Of a DNA stretch of 64,000 nt, positions 36,574 to 47,821 are shown piece by piece; position 1 is the first letter of the stretch, and every line of letters begins with the position of its first letter. This DNA comes from Psammoneis japonica (taxonomy: Eukaryota): contig QPGO01000025.1 in the NCBI GenBank assembly GCA_008632985.1, forward strand, positions 1-64,000, read 5' to 3'. The notes beneath the pieces were generated by a model. It was not told the origin of the DNA. It made no database searches and worked only from the letters and a program-made list of their open reading frames with translations. The position numbers were made by a program, and so were the translations under genes.

Positions 36574-39230
36574 TCAATGCAGCTCATTGGCCCCAAATCA
36601 CCTTGGCCGCAATGTAGATGCAACAAATGGTTGAGGCCATGTCGACATGATCTGGTGGCATCATGTGCAATCTGCTTGCCCAACTCATCAGTGTTTGCTG
36701 ATGCAGCAATTGCCTGTCCACATTGTCGCTTCGTGGTGCGGTGCTGTTGCTGGCCAAACCTTTCCGCCTGCAGTGGTGGTGGCACAATGGGCTCTTGGTT
36801 CACAGTCCCTGAACTAGAGCCATTGCCAACAACCTGTTTGGTTGTCCAGCACACGTTCGCCCATTCAAACAGATTGTCTTGCTCTTCCTGTGTGTGGCCA
36901 TGATGGTGGTCCACATGGGGCTGCCACAATTGGAGTTGCGTTGGCCCTTTAGATGGCAGGGCAAGCACCGTGAGTTGCCTGGGGCGTTGACAGGCAGGGC
37001 GATGTTGTTGCGTGCACATCGTTGCTTGACGTCCCGTGATTGTGCGTTCGGTCGAGCATGCAGTTCATCAAAGCATGTGTTGCACTGGAGGTTGCGCGCC
37101 AAGCTGTTGTCTCTGGGTGTTCCAGTGGCAGGTGCTGGTGCCGGTGCCTCGCCCAATGTCAAAGTTTGGGGTGGGCGCTGACACAGGTGCAGATGGGGCC
37201 AAGTGCACTGTGTGGGGCAAATTGCAGCCCCAGCACATGGATGGAACCTTTAGTGGCCTCGTGCACTGCTGAGCGGGCTGTTGAATGGCACCTTTTGATC
37301 ACTGCATTCCTGTTGGTGGAACCAGCAAAGAAGTTTGATTTGGGTGCACCATTGAAAATCCACTGTCAGTGAGGGGTGACAAAGCAGTTGCACAGCCAGG
37401 TTGCTGGCGCAAACATTGACATCCCATTGGAGGTCCCCAAGGTGGCACATTGTTGGATGCTGTGCTCTGAGCAGTGCTGACAGCAAGACTTGCAATCCAT
37501 CCAATTGATGTTGGGTGGCTTGGATTGTCATCACAACCTTGGTGTCATCTGGCACCTCCAACACCATGGTGTCAGCCAAGAAAGGTGCTCCATCTCCGCT
37601 GTGCATTTGTTGGTGCAGCACATTGCAATGGTCAATTTGGGCAGCTTGCTGTGGCATGGTGAGTCCAAACATGAAAGGACCAAGTCCTTGAGACAGCTCA
37701 TCTTGATCATGCCCGGCAAAGGTGAGCCACACAAGCTTGGTGACGAGATTGACAGTGACTGGTGCTTCAGTGTAAACACCTTGAGCTTGGTGCTGCTTGT
37801 CTGCAGTGTTTTGTGCCATTGCAATGTGCCCGGTTTTCAGTGCGGTGGCCAATCATGTCCACATCGGTGGCAGTTGTTGTTCCTGGTGCACTTGGCAGAC
37901 ACACATTGACTTTGGCACTCCATGTGCACCATGGAATTGCTGCTGCAGGACCTTCCCCCTTTCACTTGCTTGCTGCCTGGCGACAGTGTCTAAACGCTGC
38001 TGGCATTGCTTGGCATTGAGGTTGTCAATGGCATTGATGATGGGCTGCCACTGTTGCGTGATTGGATGACCTTGTCCAGTGCAGTTTGGGAAGTCCCTTT
38101 GCACCTTGCGTTCAAAGCATTGGACCAGCAAGGCATTCTGTGGTTGGGGCGGACTTGGCCAATTCTGCAGCATGGTGGATGCATGGGCATCTTGTTGTTG
38201 CGCAGCCATTGCTGCTGCCTTTAAGAAGTCCAACAGTGGACGGCACTCATCAACTTGATTGGCTGCTGTGGCCGCTCCATGGATTGCCGCAAAAGCTTGC
38301 TTGGGTCCAATGGCGTTTGCAACAATGGGCTCACACAAGCAAATGGCACGTGCATGGACATGCGTGTGCAAACCTTGACAGCAATGGGGGTCTGAGCTGT
38401 GACGGCCGGATGTGGCCCTTCCGGTGTGGCAGTGATTGCTGCCAGCATGGCATCGTCAGTCAATGCGTGCACACCATTTGGTGCTGAGTTTATCAGCAGA
38501 TCCAGAAACTCTGCGATTTGGCACTGGTTGCATGCTGGGTCTCCAACGACTCCACAAACGCAGCCATCCCCCCCATGGTTGTGGCTGTCCCACTGCTGCA
38601 GCAGGACAGGTGGAGATCCAGTGTGACACTTGCATGTGTCTGGTGTGGTTGGATGGTCCTGGCACTCAGCAGTGCATGACAACAGGCATGAGAACATCAT
38701 GCTCAGAGGCTGCTGTGTGCTGTCAAACAAAGCTGCCAGGTTGCATTGGGATTGACCGTTTGCGATGGCAGCAAAGTCCAACATGGCTTCTGCACAGCTG
38801 CGATGATGCAGATCTAAATCGGCAGTTGCACAAAAATCAGCACAGGTGTGCAGGATGCATGGCGGCTGGTGGTTTCCTGGAGGCAGCACTTGTCCAGCGG
38901 CGCCCGCCTGAGGCGGCGGTGCCAGCTGCACTTGTGGTTGAGCGGCTGCTCCTTGTTGCACTGCTGGCGGTCCTTGTGGGGCGCTTGCAGCACGGCGGCA
39001 CTTGCGGTTGTGGCGCACCTGTTGTGCCAGCGGTGCTGGGTGTGCAGGTGGTGGGGGCGCAACACCTTGTGCCGGTGATTGTGCCCCTTGTTGGGGCGGT
39101 TGATCCGCTCCTTGGTTTGACACATTGAAGTGTTGTTCTCATGCGAGTGGACAACAGCGGCGGAGGTGTCGACGCGTTCCAGACGTAGGTGGGAATCCGT
39201 GTGACATTGGGCCCGTAGACTTCTACGTGC

Positions 39231-39548
39231 GAGCTCCGTAGTAAAATTATACGGTAATTAATTAAAATGTCAATGATCGCCAACAGAAAATGAGGCAATT
39301 TTGCGAACGCACAAACTCGCCCATGATTGAAGTACATCATTTTTTACTTAGCCAGTTACATTCTTCAGACATTGAAGAATGTAACTGGCGCATTATTTTT
39401 TCTATAAATTCGTTATATAAAACGTCTGGGGCTTCGCAAAACAGCGAGTCTGGACAATTTTTTTTAAATATCACACGTAGAAAGCTACGTGCGAAACATA
39501 CGACGGATGATAAAAATTATTTGTGTCACACGTCAGTACTACGAGCTC
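39231..39548. mobile_element. Possible AT-rich MITE-like insertion, not hypermutated
   Basis: Ends gagctccgtagta and tactacgagctc are inverted repeats; interior is TpA-rich. Confidence 0.45.
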
Positions 39549-39799
39549 CCACCTAGGGCTGGAACGCGTCTGTCCTGCGTCAAACCAAGGGCATCAAAGA
39601 CTGTCCATTTAGACTTGCTGTTGTTGTCTCGAAAGAACAAGCGAGCTTCGTCGGATGGGTGGCTCATGCATTGCTGTGCATCAATGGCAATCTTTCGTGC
39701 CATGCAGTCATTGTAAAAAGACATGTAGAAATTGTGCAGATCAGTGCCAAGAGCAAACAATCATTTGTCTGTCCATCCACCCTCAGTGAATTTTAATTC

Positions 39800-39899
39800 T
39801 GCGAAAAATGGACTTGACTGCAAACTGATCAGGCTCATTTCAGAACAACGCATTTGCAGAAATACGCCTGATCAGTCAGCAGTCAAGTCCATTTTTGCA
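39800..39899. repeat. Inverted repeat with arms of about 42 bp and a 17-nt spacer
   Basis: aaaaatggacttgactgc..actgatcaggc pairs with gcctgatcagt..gcagtcaagtccattttt. Confidence 0.9.
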
Positions 39900-40152
39900 A
39901 AAGTTTTGAGAAGACAACAGTTTTGGTACAAAAACGTGCAACGGAATTGGGAATCTCGCTTGGTGTATTGCTCGAGGCCAGTGGACGCCGACCGTTTTTG
40001 CGCGCTTTTGCCAAAACGCAGAATGCAGGGCAGGTACTACTACTGTTGACTGTGCTGTAAGGGCCTACTCCTATGGTATCTTCTACTCCTATGAAGCAAG
40101 ACCTCGCTCATCAAATCATATCAGAGCCATAGGGCCTCTAAGATAGCGTACC

Positions 40153-41691
40153 ATGGGAGACATTAAGATTGTCGGTCCTGATGGTACTGAACTGTTAACC
40201 TTGGACAGTGTAGATGAAATCACAATAGCCGGAGTGCAACAAGAGCTAGGCAAATGCACCATCACGTTGAATGGAGTGACAAAAAGCATCAACCCGGCGT
40301 GGAAATTAGTTCCGGGCACCTACTTGGCGACACCCAAAAGGCAAGCAGTTTTCGCTGATCCTTCATCTCGGGAAGAAAATGAACGCATTCGCCTTCTTGA
40401 GAAGGTGGTGTATGGATTAAAGAGTCGTGATTCCAAGGCTGTTAGCTACGCAGACTACTACCAAGAGAAATTAAGGGAAGGGCGCATCAACCGCTGGACT
40501 GTCCCGTCGATAGCGAATCCGGAAATGTACTTGCCAGAAGCTCTGAAAAATTGGCAGAGCCTAGAGAAGGGGTCCGAGAAAGATGTCGTCAAGCCTTGCT
40601 GGAAGCGCCTTATCGACAAGTCAGACCTTTTCCCTGGCCATGCGGTTGGATATGAAGTTGGGGTGCTCGGCACGAAAATCCCAGATATTGCATTCTTTCC
40701 ATCCAACGTCGCAAAGCCTAGGGCGACAGAATACGTAGCCTATGGAGACTGTAAGGGACAGTCTTGGTCTGGAAATTCACTTTCAGAACTTGGACAAGGT
40801 ATTCAGTACGGACATCGAATTCTGGATGCGAACCCCCTTCGGACACATGTCTACGGATTCTTCACAAACAATTCAGTTGTGGTTCTGATAAAATCAACTC
40901 GATCCAGAGAGAGGCCATGCCTCGTGCATTGGGTTGTCTCTGGTGCCCTGACTTTTGATCAAGGAATGGCAACGTTTTTCCAACTAATACGAGACGACAG
41001 CGGGTACCTACAGCCACCGACTGTCCAAAACCGGCATGTGACAATAATAGCGAGCCTCGGTCAAGGGAGAACATGTCGTGCCTACCTGGCTGACTGTAAT
41101 GGTATGGAAGTTGTGGCTAAACTGTACGATTGCGACGAAACTGTCACGGAGGATGTGCGAAAGCTTGGGGACGCAAAAGCAGCGATGCAGGGGGCGACTG
41201 AAGTCCACGGTTGTCAAATTCCAACGGTAAAAGGATCCGAAGGCAGATGGCTGCTCATTGCCCCCGCCGGAATCCCATTCACTTTCAACACGATACGACA
41301 AGAACACATTCGCAAGCTGGTTTCAGCTCTGAAGGTCGTTCACGAAGCGGGCATAGTTCACCGTGACGTCCGTTTCGCAAACATTTTTCACCTAATAACA
41401 AACGACTCGGTGCTATTGAACGATTGGGGGTCTTCCATTCGGTCAGTAAGTTTGGAGCTGGTGGCTGGTTGCCCGGATCGATGGGCCCACCCGGATATTC
41501 GTGGCGCGACAGAGGCAGTGCCGCTCCCCAAACATGACCTCTACTCATTGATTTCTTCACTGGGCGACCTCATCGCACCAGGATTGTCGCCCGGAAAAAG
41601 GAACATATTGCTAAGGGAAGCTTTCCAGGCGGCGGAAAGTTGCGACTACGATCAGGTTGTAGAGGTTTTGGTACCACTTCTTACACATTAG
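40153..41691 (+). CDS. Header + PD-(D/E)xK-like nuclease + protein kinase-like domain (Crinkler/RHS-type architecture)
   Basis: IPDIAF..GDCK..GQGIQYG; kinase LGQGRT, VAKL, HRDVRFANI, LNDWG. Confidence 0.75.
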   Translation: MGDIKIVGPDGTELLTLDSVDEITIAGVQQELGKCTITLNGVTKSINPAWKLVPGTYLATPKRQAVFADPSSREENERIRLLEKVVYGLKSRDSKAVSYADYYQEKLREGRINRWTVPSIANPEMYLPEALKNWQSLEKGSEKDVVKPCWKRLIDKSDLFPGHAVGYEVGVLGTKIPDIAFFPSNVAKPRATEYVAYGDCKGQSWSGNSLSELGQGIQYGHRILDANPLRTHVYGFFTNNSVVVLIKSTRSRERPCLVHWVVSGALTFDQGMATFFQLIRDDSGYLQPPTVQNRHVTIIASLGQGRTCRAYLADCNGMEVVAKLYDCDETVTEDVRKLGDAKAAMQGATEVHGCQIPTVKGSEGRWLLIAPAGIPFTFNTIRQEHIRKLVSALKVVHEAGIVHRDVRFANIFHLITNDSVLLNDWGSSIRSVSLELVAGCPDRWAHPDIRGATEAVPLPKHDLYSLISSLGDLIAPGLSPGKRNILLREAFQAAESCDYDQVVEVLVPLLTH

Positions 41692-42883
41692 TATGTCTCT
41701 TATTCTACCAAATCCAATCCAATTCATATGATTGTGTCCTCAAGGACAAAAATTGATCATCATCCTTATCATCTTGTTGCGACTTTGCCAATACGTCCAC
41801 CCTCGTGGGAGGGAAAATGGAATTCTGGAATCCTTTTCTGTGATTAATTAATAAATTTATGATCAGGCCCTTCTGCCGACCTGGCTGGATGTCATTGTTT
41901 CACTTAAAATTTTGGGGCCACTTCGAGTTAACAGGTCAAGACTCAAAGACTTCTACGCACTTGTAGTTATCAGGCTGCCTGCCTCTTCTCACTTTTGCCA
42001 TTGCTTTTCAATATATTAAATAATGTCAGAACGGAATATGTACACTAAAGTTTAGGAATGCACTGTTAGTGACAGCACATCCGCCGTTAAGCTTTGACAT
42101 GCATTATTTGATTTGCAGCAGAAAGTGAGCGTTCCAGCTCTCGGTGGGAGAATCCGCATTCTAGTCTCCTATTTCTCCTTTTCTGAGGCCTCCGAGTCAA
42201 GTTCAGTTTCGCTGCTCTTGGCCTGCACTCCAGCAGCTATGTTAGAAGCAAGGGCCGGGCTTCTTGTTCAGGAAAGCGAATGGTTCAATGTTCTCAAAGC
42301 TGTGACCATTTCGACCACTGCCTCAGCATTCAGGATGGACTTCCCTTCATGGATACACTGCCGATTGAAGACAGCGACCTCAAACGCTACCCCATTGTCA
42401 ATTTGACCAGCCCCTGAGGCTGTGTTCCCCAGTGCGTTGATGACGAGCGCACCATTGAAGATCTCCTCCGTGATTCACCGCCTGCCAATGATTGCGTGCA
42501 GACCATGTGGGATTCTTGGGTTTTGCTCCTTGTGCTTCCATCACTGAACGAGTTGCTTCCCAGTTTCATGTCATGATTGAGCGCGTTGAAGATCAATTGG
42601 ATCACACCACCCTCCATTGCCAGAATGGCTTGCTTGATGATCATGCTCCATGGTTTTTCCTCCAGCTTCTCCATCTCCAGCTTTCTGCACCGGCGACCAA
42701 TGTGTGGTTCAGCAACTCAGTTCCTTCACCCCCGTCCCTCTTGTCCAGGGTTAGAAGTCAAAGCAAGATCTCAACTTCTTGGATCAGGTTCATCCCATGG
42801 TTGGTTTTATCCCCGAGGAATGGGTCAAGTCCACCTTCAAGCATGCTGTCCAACTTGGGCACCTCCATCACAACACTGCTTTC

Positions 42884-43914
42884 TGGGATGGGCAAGTTGT
42901 GATGGGGTCAGGATTTGATTGCTGTGAAGCATGAAAGTCCAAGCATTGTTGTGAACTGGGATTTGATTGCATTGTTGTGAACCAATGGACATGACACTCT
43001 GTTGTTCTGAAACAGCTCTCAAGATGTGCGTTCACGAGTGTGAGTGAAGACATCCCCCAAGAGTTCCCGAGTTGCTTCTGGCCCATGCTCAAGGAATCCA
43101 AAGTCTTTGATGATGTGAGTGGCAATGGTGTGCAGCTGTGCCATGCCATTTCCAAGCAACAAGTGGATGCTTTTGGCAAAATCTTCCCTTGTTTCCCTGT
43201 GATGACATCAGAACAATTTGCCGAATGGCGTTGACCAAAACAAATTGAGGGTGCAACAATTGAGAGTGTCCTTTCCCAAGTTTTAATGGTTCGCCACAAA
43301 GGGAGCCTCAAAAATGGCTGCTCCCATTGACACAAGTGCCGTTGAGCTCAAATTTTGGTTGTTGTGTCCAAGTTTGCTGTCTGGAAAAGGTGCATCCCTG
43401 CACTGTGGTGGACCACCTTGTTGTTTGGAAAGGAGCTGCCTGGCATGGCTCTTGTGATTGGGGGAGCCAGTCCCCATGATGCACAAAAGAAGCTTCAGGA
43501 CCTTGCACATGAGGCATTGAAAACCAAAGCAGCACCACTTCTTGGGACCTCAACCCAGGACGGTGCTTGCAGAGCTCTGCACAATTGCATCTGCAGGTGT
43601 CTTTCTGAGTCACAAGGAACCCTTTGGGCTGGTCTTTGTCAAGTGCATGAGCGCAGGGACCCCCGTCATTGGAGCTTGCTCAGGTGGGCCAAAGGACTCA
43701 GTCACGGGGGGATGTCAACTGTCTTGTTGAGGAAATGGATGATCCTGAGGAGCTTGGAAGGAGGCTCAACAAGCAAGTGCAATCTGCCATCAAGGATGAT
43801 GGGAAAGTGGTGTCTCATGGCGAAGCTTGCAAGAAGCTTGCAGCCAATCTCTTCAGTGTCATGAAGCAGCACACAGAGCTGCTGAATTTTGTGAGGGAGC
43901 ATCTTGACATTTAG
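42884..43914 (+). pseudogene. Hypermutated copy of the GT4 glycosyltransferase intron and exon 2
   Basis: Colinear with 28731-29729; frameshifts; Tyr to Cys/His changes (ELYT to ELCT, PSYKE to LSHKE). Confidence 0.95.
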
Positions 43915-43984
43915 ATTTGACACAAACACTTTTTAGACCACCATGTTTCCAGTGCTCTTGAGTGCAAATGAACAAAACAACATG

Positions 43985-44844
43985 TGCAACTGCATCCCGA
44001 CATCCTCTTCTTCCAACTCTCTCTTCTCACCCTTGCGTGCCATGCTCCCAGCAGTTGAGAGTCCCAGGTTTGCCAGAATCTCTTGCGACAACACAGCACC
44101 CTTAATCTTAGACAACTTGCTTCCAATGGTTTTTGGAGATGTTGTGGCAAACAAGTGTCCTGAACTCAAATCGTCACCTCTGCGAGAGTGAAGGAGCCAA
44201 GGAGCATCCCTTGGCTTGTGACACATCTGTCGCAGCACTCTCTCTCCTGTGAGTGTGCCCAGTTGCAAGTGCATGCAGAGCTTTTGCAATGAAGCACCCA
44301 TCTTCATAAAGAGCAAAGTGTCTCAGCTCTGACACGTTTGGGTCTGGTGGTGTGGGGGGTGGGCGGATGAATCACACCGGCAATGAGTGCAGCGTGGGTG
44401 GTGGTGGAGCATGTCACCAACAACTTGTCTTGGTCACATGTTTCAACTGGTCCTTCAGTTTTGTCCGTGTAGATGGTTGAACACTTTCTTTTGGCATGAT
44501 TGGTGTCTGCTGGTTGCCATCCAGCAGATGGTGGCAAGATTTTGCCCTCCCAGCCAATCTTTGTCAACAAGGTGTGACAAGTGCCGAGTGGGATCCTTTT
44601 TCACATTGATCTTTGATCTCTTGTGATGAGCAACCCAAGAGCCTTCATCCCATTCTGTGCATTTGTGTGACAACTCAATCTTCTCATCACAAACCGGACT
44701 GTTTGGTGCAAAGAATCGATTTTTGTTTGCATTTGCACCAGCAGCAGTTGTGCAACGAGGACAAAGACAATGTCCACAAGGTGTCAAATGAACCACGTCA
44801 TGTTTGCCTTGTAAGAGAGGCCTCTGACATTCTTCACACTTCAT
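43985..44844 (-). pseudogene. Hypermutated copy of the RING-finger gene at 29803-30630
   Basis: MKCEECQRPLLQGKHDVVHL matches the intact gene; frameshifted; HEYT to HKCT. Confidence 0.95.
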
Positions 44845-45111
44845 TCCGGTTGTTCTTTTGGGTCATGATAAGTTCTCTGGATTGTCACCATGTCGCGGTA
44901 AAGAAAAACTTCAAACAAAAACTTTGAACCGAACAGGATTTAATTTTCGAAATTTTGGAAGTTTGTGCTGTACGCCGACCGTTTTTGCACGGATTTCCCG
45001 GCACAAAAAATGAAGGGAGCGAGATGCCGCGATGGCATTCCGAGTTCCTTGGCGAACACAGCGTCGATCATTTGCAGGCTACGCTCCCAACTCAGAAAAG
45101 AAGTAGCAACA

Positions 45112-46272
45112 ATGGCAGTTTCATCTCAGCAGCACGTGTACCCGTCATGTGAACTATATGATCTGGTTATAGACATGGATTGGGATGCGGTGACGATACA
45201 TGCCAAGAAACACCCGGTAGATGCGCAATGGGAAGACCACGATGGGCGCGATGGAGGCGAAACGCCACTCTATCTTGCTTCTCAGTACGGCGCTCCTCTT
45301 GAAGTCATCCAAGCCATCATTTCAGCATATCCACAAGCACTGAGAGTACAAAACAGAAATGGCAATTCTCCTTTGCATATCGCATGTCACTACGACGTGA
45401 ATGTCGAGATTATCAGAGCCTTGGTGGAGGCGGATCCTGGCACGGTGTTTCTCGGAACAAAATGGGGGAAAACGCCCATGAATGCCCTTTACGATGGAAT
45501 ATTGAAACGAGCTGATCGCACTGATATCTCAACAATTGAAGACGGGCAATGGGAAAAGATCATGGTTTTGTTGAGAGCTGTTGCCATGGAAGAGAGTCTC
45601 GTCTCTTTGGATGGGGAAATGCTGTATGTGCATGCTGCAGTATCGCTAGGAGGATTTGGCTGTCCGCGCCGGGTATTTGAACTTGTCGTCGATCGCTTTC
45701 CGGAACAAGTATTCAAGAGAGATGTTCTAGGACGCCTGCCTATTCACCTTGCAGCTGGGCCCATTCGGAAGATTCGATTTCGACATTTTGTTCGTCGCAA
45801 CAACTCAACACGCGAACAGCATGTGTTTGCAAGACTGCTTAAAGAATACCCACAATCTGCACAAGTTGTTGATCCTCAAGGGCGTTGGCCTCTGCACATT
45901 GCTCTCGGCAATGGTCGCACCTGGGAAGGAGGCGTGGAAATGCTGTTTCAGGCTGCGCCACGCGCAATTTCTGTGGTTGATCCAGTCACTGGTCTATTCC
46001 CGTTCATGCTTACAGCTCAAGAGAAGAAGTCCGATCTAGACACTGTGTTTCTTCTGTTACTGTCTCAGCCTGACGTTTTGAACTCTTGCCGACCAGTCAA
46101 AGAATCGAAAACGAAAGATCTTATTACGATGCTAAGCTTTGAAGACTTGCATGACAAGTGGCATTGTGCAGTCACCAGAACCATGCCACACCGGCGCATT
46201 TCTAATGCAGCTTGCGTTGCTATATGCTCCATTTGTGTAGGAATTCTAATGACATCGAGACGATCGAGATAG
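45112..46272 (+). CDS. Ankyrin-repeat protein
   Basis: GETPLYLA, GNSPLHIAC, GRLPIHLA and GRWPLHIA repeats; FPFML tail motif. Confidence 0.85.
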   Translation: MAVSSQQHVYPSCELYDLVIDMDWDAVTIHAKKHPVDAQWEDHDGRDGGETPLYLASQYGAPLEVIQAIISAYPQALRVQNRNGNSPLHIACHYDVNVEIIRALVEADPGTVFLGTKWGKTPMNALYDGILKRADRTDISTIEDGQWEKIMVLLRAVAMEESLVSLDGEMLYVHAAVSLGGFGCPRRVFELVVDRFPEQVFKRDVLGRLPIHLAAGPIRKIRFRHFVRRNNSTREQHVFARLLKEYPQSAQVVDPQGRWPLHIALGNGRTWEGGVEMLFQAAPRAISVVDPVTGLFPFMLTAQEKKSDLDTVFLLLLSQPDVLNSCRPVKESKTKDLITMLSFEDLHDKWHCAVTRTMPHRRISNAACVAICSICVGILMTSRRSR

Positions 46273-46358
46273 TCAAAAATAATGATCATGCCGGTCCGTT
46301 TAGAACTGGAGAAGAATGCAGCTAGTACTGTAGATGTGACAGAGTTACAATACCTTCA

Positions 46359-47651
46359 TCATGCTGCCATCTCGTCCTCATCGGGCACAAACGGATCATG
46401 CTGGGGCAATGGCATGAACTCTTCGTGCTTCTCTCCAGTGCCGTCGACGCTTTCTTCATATTCAAACGTCGGTAGAGGAGGCATGTCCAGTTTCTCCGCA
46501 ACCTTGTCCGTGCCCCAGAGAGGCATTTTGACAGCATCACGAATTTCCACAAAACCACCCTTGTTGCCCGGAATGGCACCCTTAACGTACAAAAGGTTAC
46601 GTCCTCTGTCGACCTTGATGACACGAAGATTTTGAACAGTCACGCGGTCGGTGCCCATGCGACCAGCCATTTTCTTTCCCTTGAATACCTTTCCTGGATC
46701 TTGGCACTGTCCGGTGGATCCGAGCGCACGGTGTGACAAGGACGTTCCGTGTGAGGCTGGCATACCTCCGAAATTGTGCCGTTTCATGGCACCTTGAAAC
46801 CCCTTTCCCTTGCTAATGCCAGCAACGTCGACATTTTGACCGGGAGTGAAGTGGCGAGCGTGAATGCGAGAACCAATGGGTGGAAACAAGTCATCGCCCG
46901 TGACACGGAATTCTCGAACTAAATAAGGTGGTTGTTCCTGCACTTCTGGTAAGTCAGAGTACTGTCCCAAGACGCATTTATTAACGTTCTTCCGTTTGCG
47001 CTCTCCACCGCCAATCTGCACAGCCGTATAGCCGTGCTGCTCCATCGTCTTGTGCCCGAGAACAATGTTGGTGTCTAAAAATAGTACTGTGCAAGGATGA
47101 CGCTCGCCCCAATCATCCCACACAGGCATCATACCTAACTTAATTCCCAAGGCTCCACAACGTTTGTCCCTCGTAGTCCATCGACGTACGGATTTGTCAG
47201 GGTTCAGTTCGGCTTCGAAATCTTCCAGTCGATACGACATGACGAGGGGCCGCTTGCGTTCGCCCGGCTTCCAATCGGGATACTCCTTGGCTCGTTCCTC
47301 CTCCTCCATTTTCGCCAATTCTTCGTCGAGAAACTTTTCAATCTCTTCGTCAGACATGTCTGTGTTCATTTTCTGAATACCCTGCTGCTCCTCCAGAAGC
47401 TTTGCAATTTCTTCGTCATCATCGTTCTTCTTTTTCCTCAAAATTCTGCTTGTGGATGAGTAATCACGAGAATTAGCTACACATATTGAAACAACCGGTC
47501 CATGTCTCCTCGTCACATGGTTCAGAGTGGTGCGGACAAGCCGTTTGCAAGTCTCTGAAGCCGCTGCTCGTATCATCGTCGCTGACAGGAATTTTTGTGA
47601 ATGTGATGTGAGGGCGAGTTTCGATCGACGTACGTACGATCGCGCGTTCAT
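46359..47651 (-). CDS. MRPL3: Mitochondrial ribosomal protein uL3
   Basis: KLGMMPVWD, SKGKGFQGAMKRHNFGG, HGTSLSHRALGS, GKKMAGRMG; Arg/Ser-rich presequence. Confidence 0.93.
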   Translation of the reverse strand: MNARSYVRRSKLALTSHSQKFLSATMIRAAASETCKRLVRTTLNHVTRRHGPVVSICVANSRDYSSTSRILRKKKNDDDEEIAKLLEEQQGIQKMNTDMSDEEIEKFLDEELAKMEEEERAKEYPDWKPGERKRPLVMSYRLEDFEAELNPDKSVRRWTTRDKRCGALGIKLGMMPVWDDWGERHPCTVLFLDTNIVLGHKTMEQHGYTAVQIGGGERKRKNVNKCVLGQYSDLPEVQEQPPYLVREFRVTGDDLFPPIGSRIHARHFTPGQNVDVAGISKGKGFQGAMKRHNFGGMPASHGTSLSHRALGSTGQCQDPGKVFKGKKMAGRMGTDRVTVQNLRVIKVDRGRNLLYVKGAIPGNKGGFVEIRDAVKMPLWGTDKVAEKLDMPPLPTFEYEESVDGTGEKHEEFMPLPQHDPFVPDEDEMAA

Positions 47652-47821
47652 GCGCCGCGCGAGCGCAATGTAGTGAAACGTCCGTCACACGTCCGAAGGA
47701 CCGGTATGACGGAACACCGTCCGTTATCGAGCGGTTAAAAATGCTAGAGATGATGATTCAAAAAATCAACAGGATCACACAATTCAGATTTTAGTTGTTC
47801 TTGGCCGTTCGCCGAGACACC

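Larger units (their letters stand above)
32560..39130 (-). mobile_element. Decayed tyrosine-recombinase retrotransposon (DIRS/Ngaro-like): gag-like ORF, RT, RNase H, YR
   Basis: Cys/His knuckle CLPCHLKG..NSNC; RT AMQFGR, KDMSDGF, RLPMGW, DMCADDCIG; RNase H GCHDAARHGAGGV; YR TLTFTNQKNG, LCPVKA, GCWRSDEMLQHLH. Confidence 0.88.
30970..39185. other. TpA/CpG-depleted hypermutated block D4
   Basis: TpA rare over about 8 kb; contains the YR retrotransposon and tandem repeats. Confidence 0.9.
42390..44860. other. TpA/CpG-depleted hypermutated block D5
   Basis: Contains the decayed duplicate of 28731-30790. Confidence 0.9.

Noticed and set aside
30970..39185. Classical fungal RIP as the cause of the blocks
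   Set aside because: RIP converts CpA to TpA and enriches TpA; the opposite is observed.
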